Positions 25,915 through 36,771 of a stretch of 64,000 bases of DNA are shown here, one piece after another. How positions within the stretch are numbered: the first letter of the stretch is position 1; every line of letters begins with the position of its first letter. Location of the stretch: positions 101,246,001-101,310,000 of the forward strand of contig NC_091476.1 of assembly GCF_036971445.1 (NCBI RefSeq). The letters run 5' to 3'. The position numbers were made by a program, and so were the translations under genes. Under the pieces are notes generated by a model that worked only from the letters and a program-made list of their open reading frames with translations, did not search any database and was not told where the DNA came from. This DNA comes from Narcine bancroftii. Its lineage: Eukaryota.

Positions 25915-27714
25915 TATTGTATCATCTGTATGGCAATAAACTCATTCTCATTATCAATATCAATAGAATCCATCCAATATCAGCCTTTAAGCCAAAATTA
26001 AATCAAGAGAGCAGACCATGTGATGTTTTAAGTATGGGCAGCATGGTTAGAGTAGTGGTCTGCATGATGCTATTACAGCACCAGCAATGTGGGTACAAAT
26101 CTGGGGGGAGCTAGTGGAGTTGTTCAAGTGAACCGGCACGGACTCGAATGGCCGGCATGGTCTGTTTCCATGCCGTAAACGTTTATATGGTAAGGAGTTT
26201 GTATGTTCTCCCCGTGTCTGCATGGGTTTTCCCAGGTTTCTCCATTTTCCTTCTACCCTCCAAAAAGTATGGGGTTGCAGTTAATTTGGGTTTAATTGGG
26301 TTTAAATGGCTGATTCGGCTTCTACTGTGCTATAAATAAAATTTACATGTAATAATTTAATGTGGTGCCAGCTGGAGAAGTTTTTGCCTTCATGCTACAG
26401 TTTACGGCTGCAAGGTGGACTCTGGCCTTTTCCCTAAGCACGAGATTTTCAGTGCAACGAATCTGGTTGAGAGAGACTTGCTAAGTGTCAGCAATAAATT
26501 AGATCTTGCCACTCAAACAGAAATGTTGGTGCAATGAGTGAGAAAGCCTTCTTGACAACCACATTATTTTTAAATCTCCAAAATAATTTCCATTTTTATT
26601 GATGATATATTAGGACAGATTCCCATTATAGTCATTGCTCATTAAAGGAGCAAATGGGAGCAAATTAAACAAGGTGACTTCAATTCAGTCATGCATTATA
26701 GCAGCTCAAGAAAGAATTATGTAAAGTGTCCTTACAATAGCAAGTCAGCAGTTTTAACCTTATAAAACATTGTATGCCATTTCTTTGTTCTCACATAATC
26801 ACATTCTTACATACAAGGCTTGTTCACAAATATCTTAAAAATGATAAAAAATCAATTATATATTTGCTCTATACCAATGGTGTCACTTGTACGTTAATAT
26901 ACACTCTCACTATTACGGTACTATCAATTTCCTTTCAGAGTTATGAAGCATACTTTTTCTTGTCCAATCACTGGTGATTTAAGTTTTTAAATTAAAAAAC
27001 TGTTTAAATTAAGACATACAGCATGGTAACAGGCCATTTTGACCCACGAGTCCATGCCACCCAATTACACCAAATCAGCCTACATCCCCTCAGGACTTTT
27101 CGAATAGTGGGAGGAAACTGGAGCCCTCGGGAAAACTCACACAGGCATGGGAAAATGTACAAACTCCCTACATACAGCGCAGGATTCGAACCCCAGTCCC
27201 AATCACTGGCGCTGTAAAGACGGTGTGCTAACCGCTATGTTAACCATGCCACCCTGCGCCAACCGTGCTGCCCCATCCCCAGATTTGGTTCCATTCTCTT
27301 GTCACAGTAGACAAATGCTACAATGTCAGTCATGATTATAATATCACTTTTGAACTGTGAGGCTGACAAGACTGAGAACTGCATTCAGGCTGTGAATGAT
27401 ATGCTGCTGCCAACGTTTGCTGCAAATGATATTCTGAGCTTTTGAGGTGGATCAATAAATAGCCAATTTAGTCAAGTTAAAATTTAGTCAGATTGAGTAA
27501 GCAGACTTCTATTCATTTTACTCATTAGTTCAGGCAGCTGATCAAAACAACAAGTGGATGTTATACTGATGAACATGCTCCAGTGAGGAGTATTTCTTCC
27601 ATGAGAGGAAGAGTACCAGATACTGAATGATATATTAAACTGTTTTAGATCAAGTTTTCACCAGCTGTTGCACAAGTCTCCTCTCAACCTCACCATCACC
27701 ATAACAAAAAATGT

Positions 27715-28486
27715 TTAAAGGACGGCGCTGCCACTGGTGCGGACCCATGGTGAGCAGGTAGAGAAGTTCGGTCCAATGCCCAGTCCTACTGCTTGTACAG
27801 GCTTTAAACAGCCTGTTTAAGGAGCTGACGATGGTTTATTTTAAAATCCTGCAATCGCGGGTCCTGGGCCCAAGATGGCAATGCTCATGATCTGCAGTGG
27901 CTACGAGGGGTTGCAGACTCCAGCAAAGTGGACTGGCACAGGGCACCAGAAAATGGGGAGACCACCCCCTCTCTTCCCCTCCCCCACCCCATTTGCGAAG
28001 GAGAAGCAGTGGTGCGACCCACAGGACAGTGACCATGGTAGCGGACCAGTGAGGGGCTTTGAGGCTGGAGAATATACAGGCGGCGAGATGCTGGTGACTC
28101 AAGGTTAGGAACCCATGCATCTGCAGGCTGCTAGTGACTGTGGTCAAAGGACTCACTCCAGGCTGAGGACTGCTGGAGCCTGGCTAAGGGGTACCAGGTA
28201 CTGGAACCGGGATGCGCAAGGGTACTGGAGGTATCATGATCATGTCAGAAGTGTGCATCTGGACCTTGGGTTGCTAATGGTTTGGACTGAAGGCTGTGTG
28301 GCTGCAGAGGCTATGGGAGTGCTGGAAGCGAATTCATGGATACTCAGTGACTCTGGGAGTCTCTTTTGCTTTTCTTTCTCTGGCTGTAAGGGGTGCTGGG
28401 CAATTTCTGCTGAAAGCAAATCTTTTGTCAATGTTAAGATAGACTAAAGGAAATTTCATGTAATATTACATTTCTGTTTTATTACA
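27715..28486 (+). mobile_element. GC-rich non-coding interspersed repeat, tail split by a solo LTR
   Basis: Same family as 17570-18300; contains AAGATGGC motif; tail resumes after 29175. Confidence 0.5.
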
Positions 28487-29170
28487 TGTTGTGCTCTGAA
28501 TAGGTTCGATGGATTCAAAGAGAATTAAGGCTGGGCACATGTTATCAATAAACAGTGGCCTTTATTTACTCACAGGAGAACTCATAAAAATGCACCAGCT
28601 CACAGACTAACCTGGAATAATATGCAAATAACTGCACATCAGATGCAAATAAATCCCTGACAAACATGCTCAACTCCAGTTTGGGAACACAAATGTTAAA
28701 CATACAATTCCCAACACCTATCTCTAACTCTAGCAATTACCAGCACAATAATAAACAGTAAATTAATTAAAACTAATAATTATTTCAAATGAACACAAAC
28801 TCCAGCATTACCCATGGCTCAGTGTCTGGGACAGGCCCACTCCAGTTGGCCCTCCATGCAGCAGCAAGAACAGAGTCCAGAGAAATTCCACATGCTGCTT
28901 TTACAATGTAGGGCCTGTCCACCTGACCTGCGAGGACCAATCCCACTTCAGCCTCACCTGTGGAGTTAACCATTGATTGGAACCTGCAGAACTAATCACA
29001 TGTCAGCTGCAAGGTCCAATCCCACATCAACCTCACAGGTTTGTGCAGATTGGCAGGTGAGGTGACTTCTGACAGGGTCCCAGCCAGAGAGGTCACATGA
29101 CCCTTCGTAATCCACTTTCTGATCAGGTCCAGATGGAGAAGTCATGTAACCCTCCACAATCCACGCGACA
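28487..29170 (-). mobile_element. Solo LTR (684 bp)
   Basis: TGTTGTG...CGCGACA termini, 5-bp TSD TTACA at 28482-28486 and 29171-29175, AATAAA on the minus strand near 28560. Confidence 0.8.
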
Positions 29171-29499
29171 TTACATGGCCATAAAAATAATATTGAATCT
29201 AGCTAGAGAAAATATCCTACACATGTTCATTGTTACAGTACAAGGGCAGATCGGTCCCTTAACAGCTGTTGGCACTATACCTTCCTGATGGATATTAATT
29301 GGTTCCTACCGGCTCAAAAGGAATCAGCAGGCTTCTTCATGTTACAGGCTCAAAACTACCTAACAAAGGACATCTGAAATAATACTAATTTCAACAAAAA
29401 GTTAATTGAAAACAAAGAAGAAATGGCCCTGAAAATAGAATCTTGGCTTGGAAAGATGTCTCTAAATTTATGCTGACTTCTAATCAAGAAAGTTTAAAG

Positions 29500-30150
29500 T
29501 CCATTCGGCACATCATTTGAGAGTGAGGAGGTAAGCGAAAGGACCTTAAATCTTCCCACAGGACATACCTGTAGGGGATGTAATGAGACACAAGCATTAA
29601 AAAATAAAATTAAAGAAATGGAGTTGCAGCTTGATGATCTGAGGCTTATCAGGGAGAGTGAAGAATTTATAGATACAACGCTCAGGGAAGTGCTTACCCC
29701 TGGATTGGGGGGGGGGGGGTCAGGTAAGTGGACTACTCTCAGGGGAGGGGGGAAAGTTGCTAGCTCTGTGGTGAGCACCCCGGTGGCTACTGCTCTTAGC
29801 AACAAATATAGTGTATTGGATGTAGTTGGGGAAGACAACCTGCCAGAGGTTGCACCAAGGGAACCGGTGGTGCGGAAAGGAAGGAAGGGGAACAAGGTGG
29901 TCATTGGGGACTCCATCGTCAGGGGAACAGACAAAAGATTCTGCGAACCTGACAAGTGCTCCCGTATGGTGTGTTGCCTCCCAGGAGCTAGGGTGCGAGA
30001 CGTCTCGGATAGGGTTCAGAGTATCCTGGGGGGGAAGGTGAACGGCCAGAAGTCCTGATACACGTGGGTACAAATGACGTGGATAAGATGAAGGAGGAGA
30101 ACCTGAAGAGGGACTACCGTGAGCTCTCCAAATCCAGGAGGAATGCAAGG
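29500..30150 (+). mobile_element. CR1 ORF1 fragment (zinc finger, coiled coil, SGNH esterase)
   Basis: CRGC, ELQLDDLRLIRESEEFID, IGDSIVRG, CCLPGARVRDV, IHVGTND. Confidence 0.85.
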
Positions 30151-30320
30151 TCATGGAAATCAAACCTCAGTAACTCAGAATCAGAATTTATTGTTATGAA
30201 CAAGTCATGAAATTCAGTGTGAAACTATAGTGCCCTCCATAATATTTGGGACAAAGACGCATTTTCTTCCTTTATTTGGCCCTGTGCTCCACAGTTTTAA
30301 AATTGTATTCAAATTATTCA

Positions 30321-31330
30321 CCAATTCTCTTCTTTTAGTTATATCTTCCTTCATTGCTAATTCTTTTTCTATATTTACTATTTCCCTTTCCAACTACTCT
30401 GTTTCCTGGTTATAGTCCTTCTTCATCTTGGTTACATAACTTATTATTTGCCCTCTAATGAATGCTTTCATTGCATCCCATAGTATAAACTTATCTTCCA
30501 CTGATTCCGTATTTATTTCAAAATACATTTTTATTTGTTTTTCAATAAATTCTCTAAAATCCTGCCTTTTAAGTAACATGGGGTTTAATCTCCATCTATA
30601 CATTCTTGGAGGGATGTCTTCTAACTTTACTGTCAATATTAAGGGTGAATGGTCCGATAGTATTCTAGCTTTATATTCTGTTTTTCTTACTCTATCTTGC
30701 ATACGAGCTGATAACAAAAATAGGTCTATTCTTGAGTATGTTTTATGTCTAGCCGAGTAATATGAATATTCCTTTTCCTTTGGGTGTTGTTTCCTCCATA
30801 TATCCAAAAGTTGCATTTCTTCCATCGATTTAATTATAAATTTGGATACTTTGTTCTTTGTTAATTTTTTTCCCAGTTTTGTCCATATTTGAATCCAAAT
30901 TCAGGTTGAAGTCCCCTCCTATTAATATGTTCCCTTGCGTATCTGCTACCTTCAAAAAGATATCTTGCATAAACTTTTGATCTTCTTCGTTAGGTGAATA
31001 TAGATTGAGTAGATTCCAAAACTCCGAATATATCTGACATTTTATCATTACATATCTCCCTGCTGGATCTATTATTTCCTCTTCTATTTTAAATGGCACA
31101 TTTTTACTAATTAATATAGCTACTCCTCTTGCTTTTGAATTATACGATGCTGCTGTTACGTGTCCTACCCAATCTCTCTTTAATTTCTTGTGCTCCAATT
31201 CAGTTAAATGTGTTTCTTGCACAAATGCTATATCAATTTTTTCTTTTTTCAGTAAATTTAGCAGTTTCTTCCTTTTAATTTGGTTATGTATTCCATTAAT
31301 ATTTAAAGTCATATAGTTCAGCGTAGCCAT
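30321..31330 (-). pseudogene. L1 ORF2 N-terminus (APE endonuclease), frameshifted and truncated
   Basis: TLNINGI, QETH, GGDFN, YSRID, SDHSP motifs; frameshift near 30855, stop at 30394, sequence ends at the TSD. Confidence 0.9.
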
Positions 31331-32013
31331 TTTATACTTTGTTTATCTTCCCTTTCCGTTTCTCCATCATTACCTTTCCTTCTTATCCATTTCTGTTTTC
31401 TTGTTTTGAACCCTTTATAAGACAACATTCCTAAAACATCAAACATTTTCCTTATTCTCCTATTTAAAACTTCTTTAGCCCCAATCTCCCCTTCTCCTCC
31501 TGAGTTGTCCTTTATCCCTTGTCGGACAACCACATCTCCCCTCTCCATTTGGATTTGTGAATTCACTCGCAAGCATCAGCTGATTTTGCAGTGACCGCAA
31601 CTCCTCCCCACCCAGCCCCCCCAGAAAAGATTTCACTTTTCATATGTAACAAAGGTCACTCTTTTAGTTCCCTCCTTATTCCCTCTATTCCATTTCCTTC
31701 CCTTATTAATTCTTGTCTATACTATCTATATTTTCCTCTAAATACGGATACATTCATGTATGCACATTATACATATACACACATATACCTCTTTACCCAC
31801 ATACATATAAATCGTGGTCATTTTTACTCTTATTACATGTCTTCATCTCTCTGGTTGTTTTGTAGTTGTTCTGCATATTTCCTTGCTTCCTCTGGATCCG
31901 AGAATAGTTTTTTTTCTTCCCATAAGGTCGTTTTCGATGTATTGAACTCCTTTCTCTTCTTCAGGAGTTCAAAACTTATGTGTCTTTTTAGTTCTCAGTC
32001 TTTTGTCCTCTCG

Positions 32014-32976
32014 TTACACGTCTTCATCCCTCGGTCTATTTTGTAATTGTTCTGCAAATTTTCGTGCTTCCTCTGGATCCGAGAATAGTCTGTTTTGTTG
32101 TCCTGGAATAAATATTTTCAATACCGCTGGATGCTTTTGTATAAATTTATACCCTTTCTTCCATAAAATCGCCTTTGCTGTATTGAACTCCTTTCTCTTC
32201 TTCAGGAGTTCAAAACTTATATCTGGATAAATGAAGATTTTTTGCCCTTTGTACTCCAGTGGCTTGTTGCCCTCTCTTACTTTTTCCATTGTCTTCTCCA
32301 GTACCCTTTCTCTTGTAGTATATCTTAGGAATTTTACTAAAATAGATCTTGGCCTTTGTTGTGGTTGTGGTTTAAAGGCCAATGCTCTATGTGCCCTTTC
32401 TATTTCCATATCTTGCTGTAGTTCTGGACATCCTAGGATCCTGGGGATCCAATCTTTTATAAACTCTCTCATGTTCTTGCCTTCTTCATCTTCCTTAAGG
32501 CCCACTATCTTTATGTTATTTCTTCTGTTATAATTTTCCATTATATCTATTTTCTGAGCTAACAGTTCTTGTGTCTCTATAACTTTTTTATTAGATTCCT
32601 CTAATTTCTTTTTTAAGTCCTCTACCTCCATTTCTACTGCTGCTTCCCGCTCTTCCATCTTGTCCATTTTCTTTCCCATTTCTGTTAAGGTCATATCTAT
32701 TTTATTCATTTTCTCTTCTGTATTGTTTATTCTTCTTCTTAAATCATTAAATTCTTGCACTTGCCATTCTTTAAATGACTCCATGTATTCTTTAATAAGA
32801 GAAAGTATATCCTTTATCTTGCCTTTCCCTTCTTCTTCTATTTCTCTGTACTCTTCCTCTTCCTCTTCTTCTTCCTCTGGGTTGGCCATCTGTTTTTCTT
32901 TGTTGCCCTTCTCTTCTTTCTTGTTTTCGTTGTCTTCTATGTTCTCCTCTTGCTGCAGGTGTTCTGCAGGTGTCAT
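32014..32976 (-). CDS. L1 ORF1p (coiled coil, RRM, CTD), uninterrupted 320 aa
   Basis: ENYNRRNNIKIVGLKE, IERAHR, PRSILVKFLRY and IFIYPDIS are diagnostic L1 ORF1p motifs. Confidence 0.9.
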   Translation of the reverse strand: MTPAEHLQQEENIEDNENKKEEKGNKEKQMANPEEEEEEEEEYREIEEEGKGKIKDILSLIKEYMESFKEWQVQEFNDLRRRINNTEEKMNKIDMTLTEMGKKMDKMEEREAAVEMEVEDLKKKLEESNKKVIETQELLAQKIDIMENYNRRNNIKIVGLKEDEEGKNMREFIKDWIPRILGCPELQQDMEIERAHRALAFKPQPQQRPRSILVKFLRYTTRERVLEKTMEKVREGNKPLEYKGQKIFIYPDISFELLKKRKEFNTAKAILWKKGYKFIQKHPAVLKIFIPGQQNRLFSDPEEARKFAEQLQNRPRDEDV

Positions 32977-33609
32977 TGCCGGCTGTGGAGATCGACTCCC
33001 CAGCTGGTCACCCCTCCCGTCGGTGTGTTTTTTTGCATGCGCGGTTGCGCACTTTTACTCGGCTCAGCGAGCCATTTTTGTAGTCCACTTTTTACCGACC
33101 TGAGGGAGCGGGTATCTCTCTCCACCGCGGGCCTCTTCGAGCAGGTAAGGCCTTCTCCTTCTTCTTCCGTTGTCTTCTCTTCCTCTCTTCTTACCGTTGA
33201 TTTCGATTTTTCTTTTTTCGTCGCCATCTTCTTTCCACCTTTATACTCACTTTTCTTTAATTTTTATTTTTGTGCCTTTGTATTTTCCTTTGTTTTTCCC
33301 GACTTTTCTGGAGAGGGCTGGAGTTCACCGTCCGGCCACTACTCCATGTGACTCCTCCAATTGTATTCAAATTATTCATGTGATTATAGTACACATTCCT
33401 GATTTTATTCAAGGGTATCTGTGTACATTTTGGTGTGGTGATGCTATCTACATTGACTTGAACAAGATCCCACATAGGAGCTTAGTTGAAAAAGGCTTTA
33501 GGTGCATCCTCAAACACTGGCTTGTTTCTGCCATATGTCTAAATTCAAATTTAAAAGCAAAATTAATTATTACCAATGCACTGCATTTGTCTACCTCACT
33601 TTCACACTT

Positions 33610-36222
33610 GGTCATAAAGTCATAGTGTTGTACAGCATGATAAAGGCCCTTCAGTACAACTCATTCATGCCAACCAAGATGGCATTCAGGATTGTCCCAT
33701 TTGCCTGCATTTGCTCCATATCCTTCAAAACCCTTTCTAATGATAAATCTGTCCAAATGCCTTTGAGTATTATAACTATAACTGCTTCCAAATTTTCCAG
33801 ATGCAAAATACCCAGTGAGTTTAAAATATTGCCCCCCAGGTCCCTTTTAAATCTCTTCACTCTCATTATAAACATATGCCCACTTATTCTAGAATTGTCT
33901 ATCATGGGAAAAAGACTGAACATTCACTTGACCCATAGCCCTTATGTTTATAAACCTCTGTAATAGCCTCCTATGCTATTGGGAATTGAAGACCAAGCCT
34001 ATCTAACCTCTTATAATTCAAGCCCAAATCCCAGCAGCATGCTGGAGAATCTTTTCTGCATCCTTTCCAACTTATTGATATTTTTTCTACAGTTGGGTTA
34101 CAAGAACTGCACACAGTACTTCAGCTATGGTCTCGCTAATACCTTGTACAACTGTATCATGAGGTCGCAACTTTTGTACTCAATACCCATCCCAATGAAG
34201 GCAAGTAAGCCAAAAGCCATCTTTACCACCTTGCCCACCTGAGTTGCCACTTTCATAGAATTATGCAAATGGTATTTCTGTACTTCAACAATCTCCAGGG
34301 CCCTGCCATTGGGACCTCTCCTGGGACAATCATGAAGAAAGCACACCACTGTGGCTATATTCCCTTAGACATCTGAAGAGATTTGGTATATCACCAAAGA
34401 CTGATGCAAATTTCTACAGGTATATCATAGAGAGCATTCTGACTGGTTGCATCACTGCCTGCTATAGAGGTGTCAATGCACAGGACAGGAACAGGCTACA
34501 GAGGCTTGTAAGCTCACCCAGTGCCATCATGGGCATTAGTCTTCACTCCATTGAGCACCTCTTTAAGAGGTGGTGTCACAAGAAATCAGCTTCTATCATC
34601 AAGGATCCTCACCACCCAGGTCTTGCTCCTTTCTCACTGCTACCATCAAGAAGAAGGTGGTACAGAAGCCTGAAGACACACACTCAATACAGTATTACAA
34701 AAACAGCTTCTTCCACTCCGCCACCAGATTTCTGGATGGCCAATGAATCTATGGACACCACCTGACTTTTTCTCTTTTCTTGAACATTTTTTAAAAAAAT
34801 GCTGTTCACTGAAGTGTAATTTATAGAAATTTTGCACCTTGTACGGCACAATACTGCTGCCTCAAAACAACAAATTTTGTGGCACATGTTCACATCAGTA
34901 AACCTTTTATTAAAGACCTACCCTGGTTTGACTTACCAAAGTGCAACACCTCACACTTGTCAGTGTGAAATTCTATTTGCCATTCCGTTCTCCACTTTCT
35001 CAACTGATCCCGGTCCTGTTCTAAACTTGGATATACTTTCTCACTGTCCACCACACCACCAATTTCCATGTCATCTGCAGATTTACTAATTGTCATAATT
35101 ATATTGCCAACCAAATTGGTAATATAGATAACAAATACCATTGGACGCTACAGTACACCACTGGTGCAGACCAATTAGTAAAACAATGCTCTACTACCTC
35201 CCTTTGACCCCTTCCACAAAGCCAGTTTTAAATCTAATTGTCCAGCTCACCTTGCACCCCATGTGATGTAATTTTGCACACTGACTTCCTTCGACAGCTC
35301 ATTTCATAAACTCAACACCCTCTGTTGACCCACTGGAACCTTTTAAATCTTTGCTCTCTCATTTTAAATACATCAACTAACTCTGGGAAAAAGACTGACT
35401 CTTCACTTTACTGACATATTTCTGGAGTCTCCCTTTCCGCCATTGATGTGATTTACCAGGATAATTGACTGAAGAGGGGACGCAAGATTGCTGAGGGGAC
35501 CTTCCACTCTGCATACAGCCTCTTTCAGCTTCTCCCATCGGGAAAGAGATACAGGAGTATCAGAGCCAGGATTACCAGGCTGAGAAACAGCTTCTTCCCA
35601 AGGGTAGGGAGAATGCTGAGTGACCAAAGGAGCTGCTCACACTAACCATCTGAGACTTTCATATCCACGAAGCAATATTTATTTTTTCATTTGTAATATG
35701 TATTGTTTTCTGTTCGTGTGTTATGCCTGGTGGTATGTCAGCATGTTTTGCACTGAGGATCAGAGAATGCTGTTTTATTGGGTTATACTTGTACAATCAG
35801 ATGACAATAAACTTGACTTGATTTTACTTGACTTGCATATGTCCCTGATGACTTGATATTCCTCTACACAGTCTCCCCTCAGCCTTCTATCCCCAAGAGA
35901 AAGAAAGTTGTAGCCTTTCCAGCTTTTCCTTGTAGCTCAAGCTATACAACATCCTTGTGAATTATTTTGACCCCTTTCCAGCTTAAAGACATTCTTCCTG
36001 TAGTTGGGTGACCAGACCTATGCACAATTCTTCTAATGCGGACTCATCAATGTCTTGTACAGCTGTAACATGACATCCCAACTCCTGCACTCAGTGCCCT
36101 GACTGATGAAGGAAATAATGGCAAACACATTCTTTGCCACCCTGTCTGCCTGTGTTGCCACCTTCAGGGAACCCCGTACCTATACCTCTCAATCTTTCTG
36201 CTCTACAATATTCTTCAAGGCC
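33610..36222. mobile_element. Mosaic of old CR1 (mostly minus) and Rex-type (plus) fragments
   Basis: CR1 motifs at about 33610-34310, 34890-35400 and 35840-36222; Rex-type 3' ends at about 34330-34880 and 35500-35820. Confidence 0.7.
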
Positions 36223-36519
36223 AAAGAGCAGGCCTTGGACCACCACCACCTAAAATGATAAGAAGATAAACATGATCAGATTTAATGTGTATAAGTAGAT
36301 GATAGGTCTTTTTTGTTTGTATTCCTTTTGTATAAAGTTATGGTTTTATTGTATTCTATATGTTCAATATTTATTGTTTTTGGAGGGGGTGGGAAGGGGG
36401 AAGGGAGGGATGGGGAAAAAAAAGAGAAAATGTCATTGTGAATATTTAAAGAGATGCATCTGTAAATATATTGATTGATATGGTTCATAGTGCGATGAAT
36501 AAAGAAATACAAAAAAAAA
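36223..36519 (+). mobile_element. Short 5'-truncated L1-type 3' UTR with poly(A)
   Basis: G-rich tract, AATAAA, A-tail; TSD ATTCTTCAAGGCC at 36210-36222 and 36521-36533. Confidence 0.75.
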
Positions 36520-36771
36520 CATTCTTCAAGGCCTCGTTCCTTTCCAATGTGATGGCTGGTACAAAAGTGTGCATGTTCTTTGTTGAACCCACCAGACAAT
36601 TTGACACTTCTTGCACCCATACAACAGTAAGCACAGAAATAAATATTACAGCTATTCTGTGCAAAATTACTGTAAAGCAAAATTGTTCCATTATTCCTTT
36701 TTTTTTTTCTTTTCTTTTTCTTTGGCTTGGCTTCGCGGACGAAGATTTATGGAGGGGGTAAAAAGTCCACG

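Larger units (their letters stand above)
30321..33358 (-). mobile_element. L1-clade LINE, 5'-complete and 3'-truncated, flanked by a perfect 20-bp TSD
   Basis: 5' UTR, ORF1, inter-ORF spacer and ORF2 endonuclease present. AATTGTATTCAAATTATTCA at 30301-30320 and 33359-33378. No RT domain and no poly(A). Confidence 0.92.

Noticed and set aside
36223-36519. This L1 tail as the missing 3' arm of the 30321-33358 L1
   Set aside because: It has its own 13-bp TSD and lies about 2.9 kb outside the other element's TSD, so it is a separate insertion.
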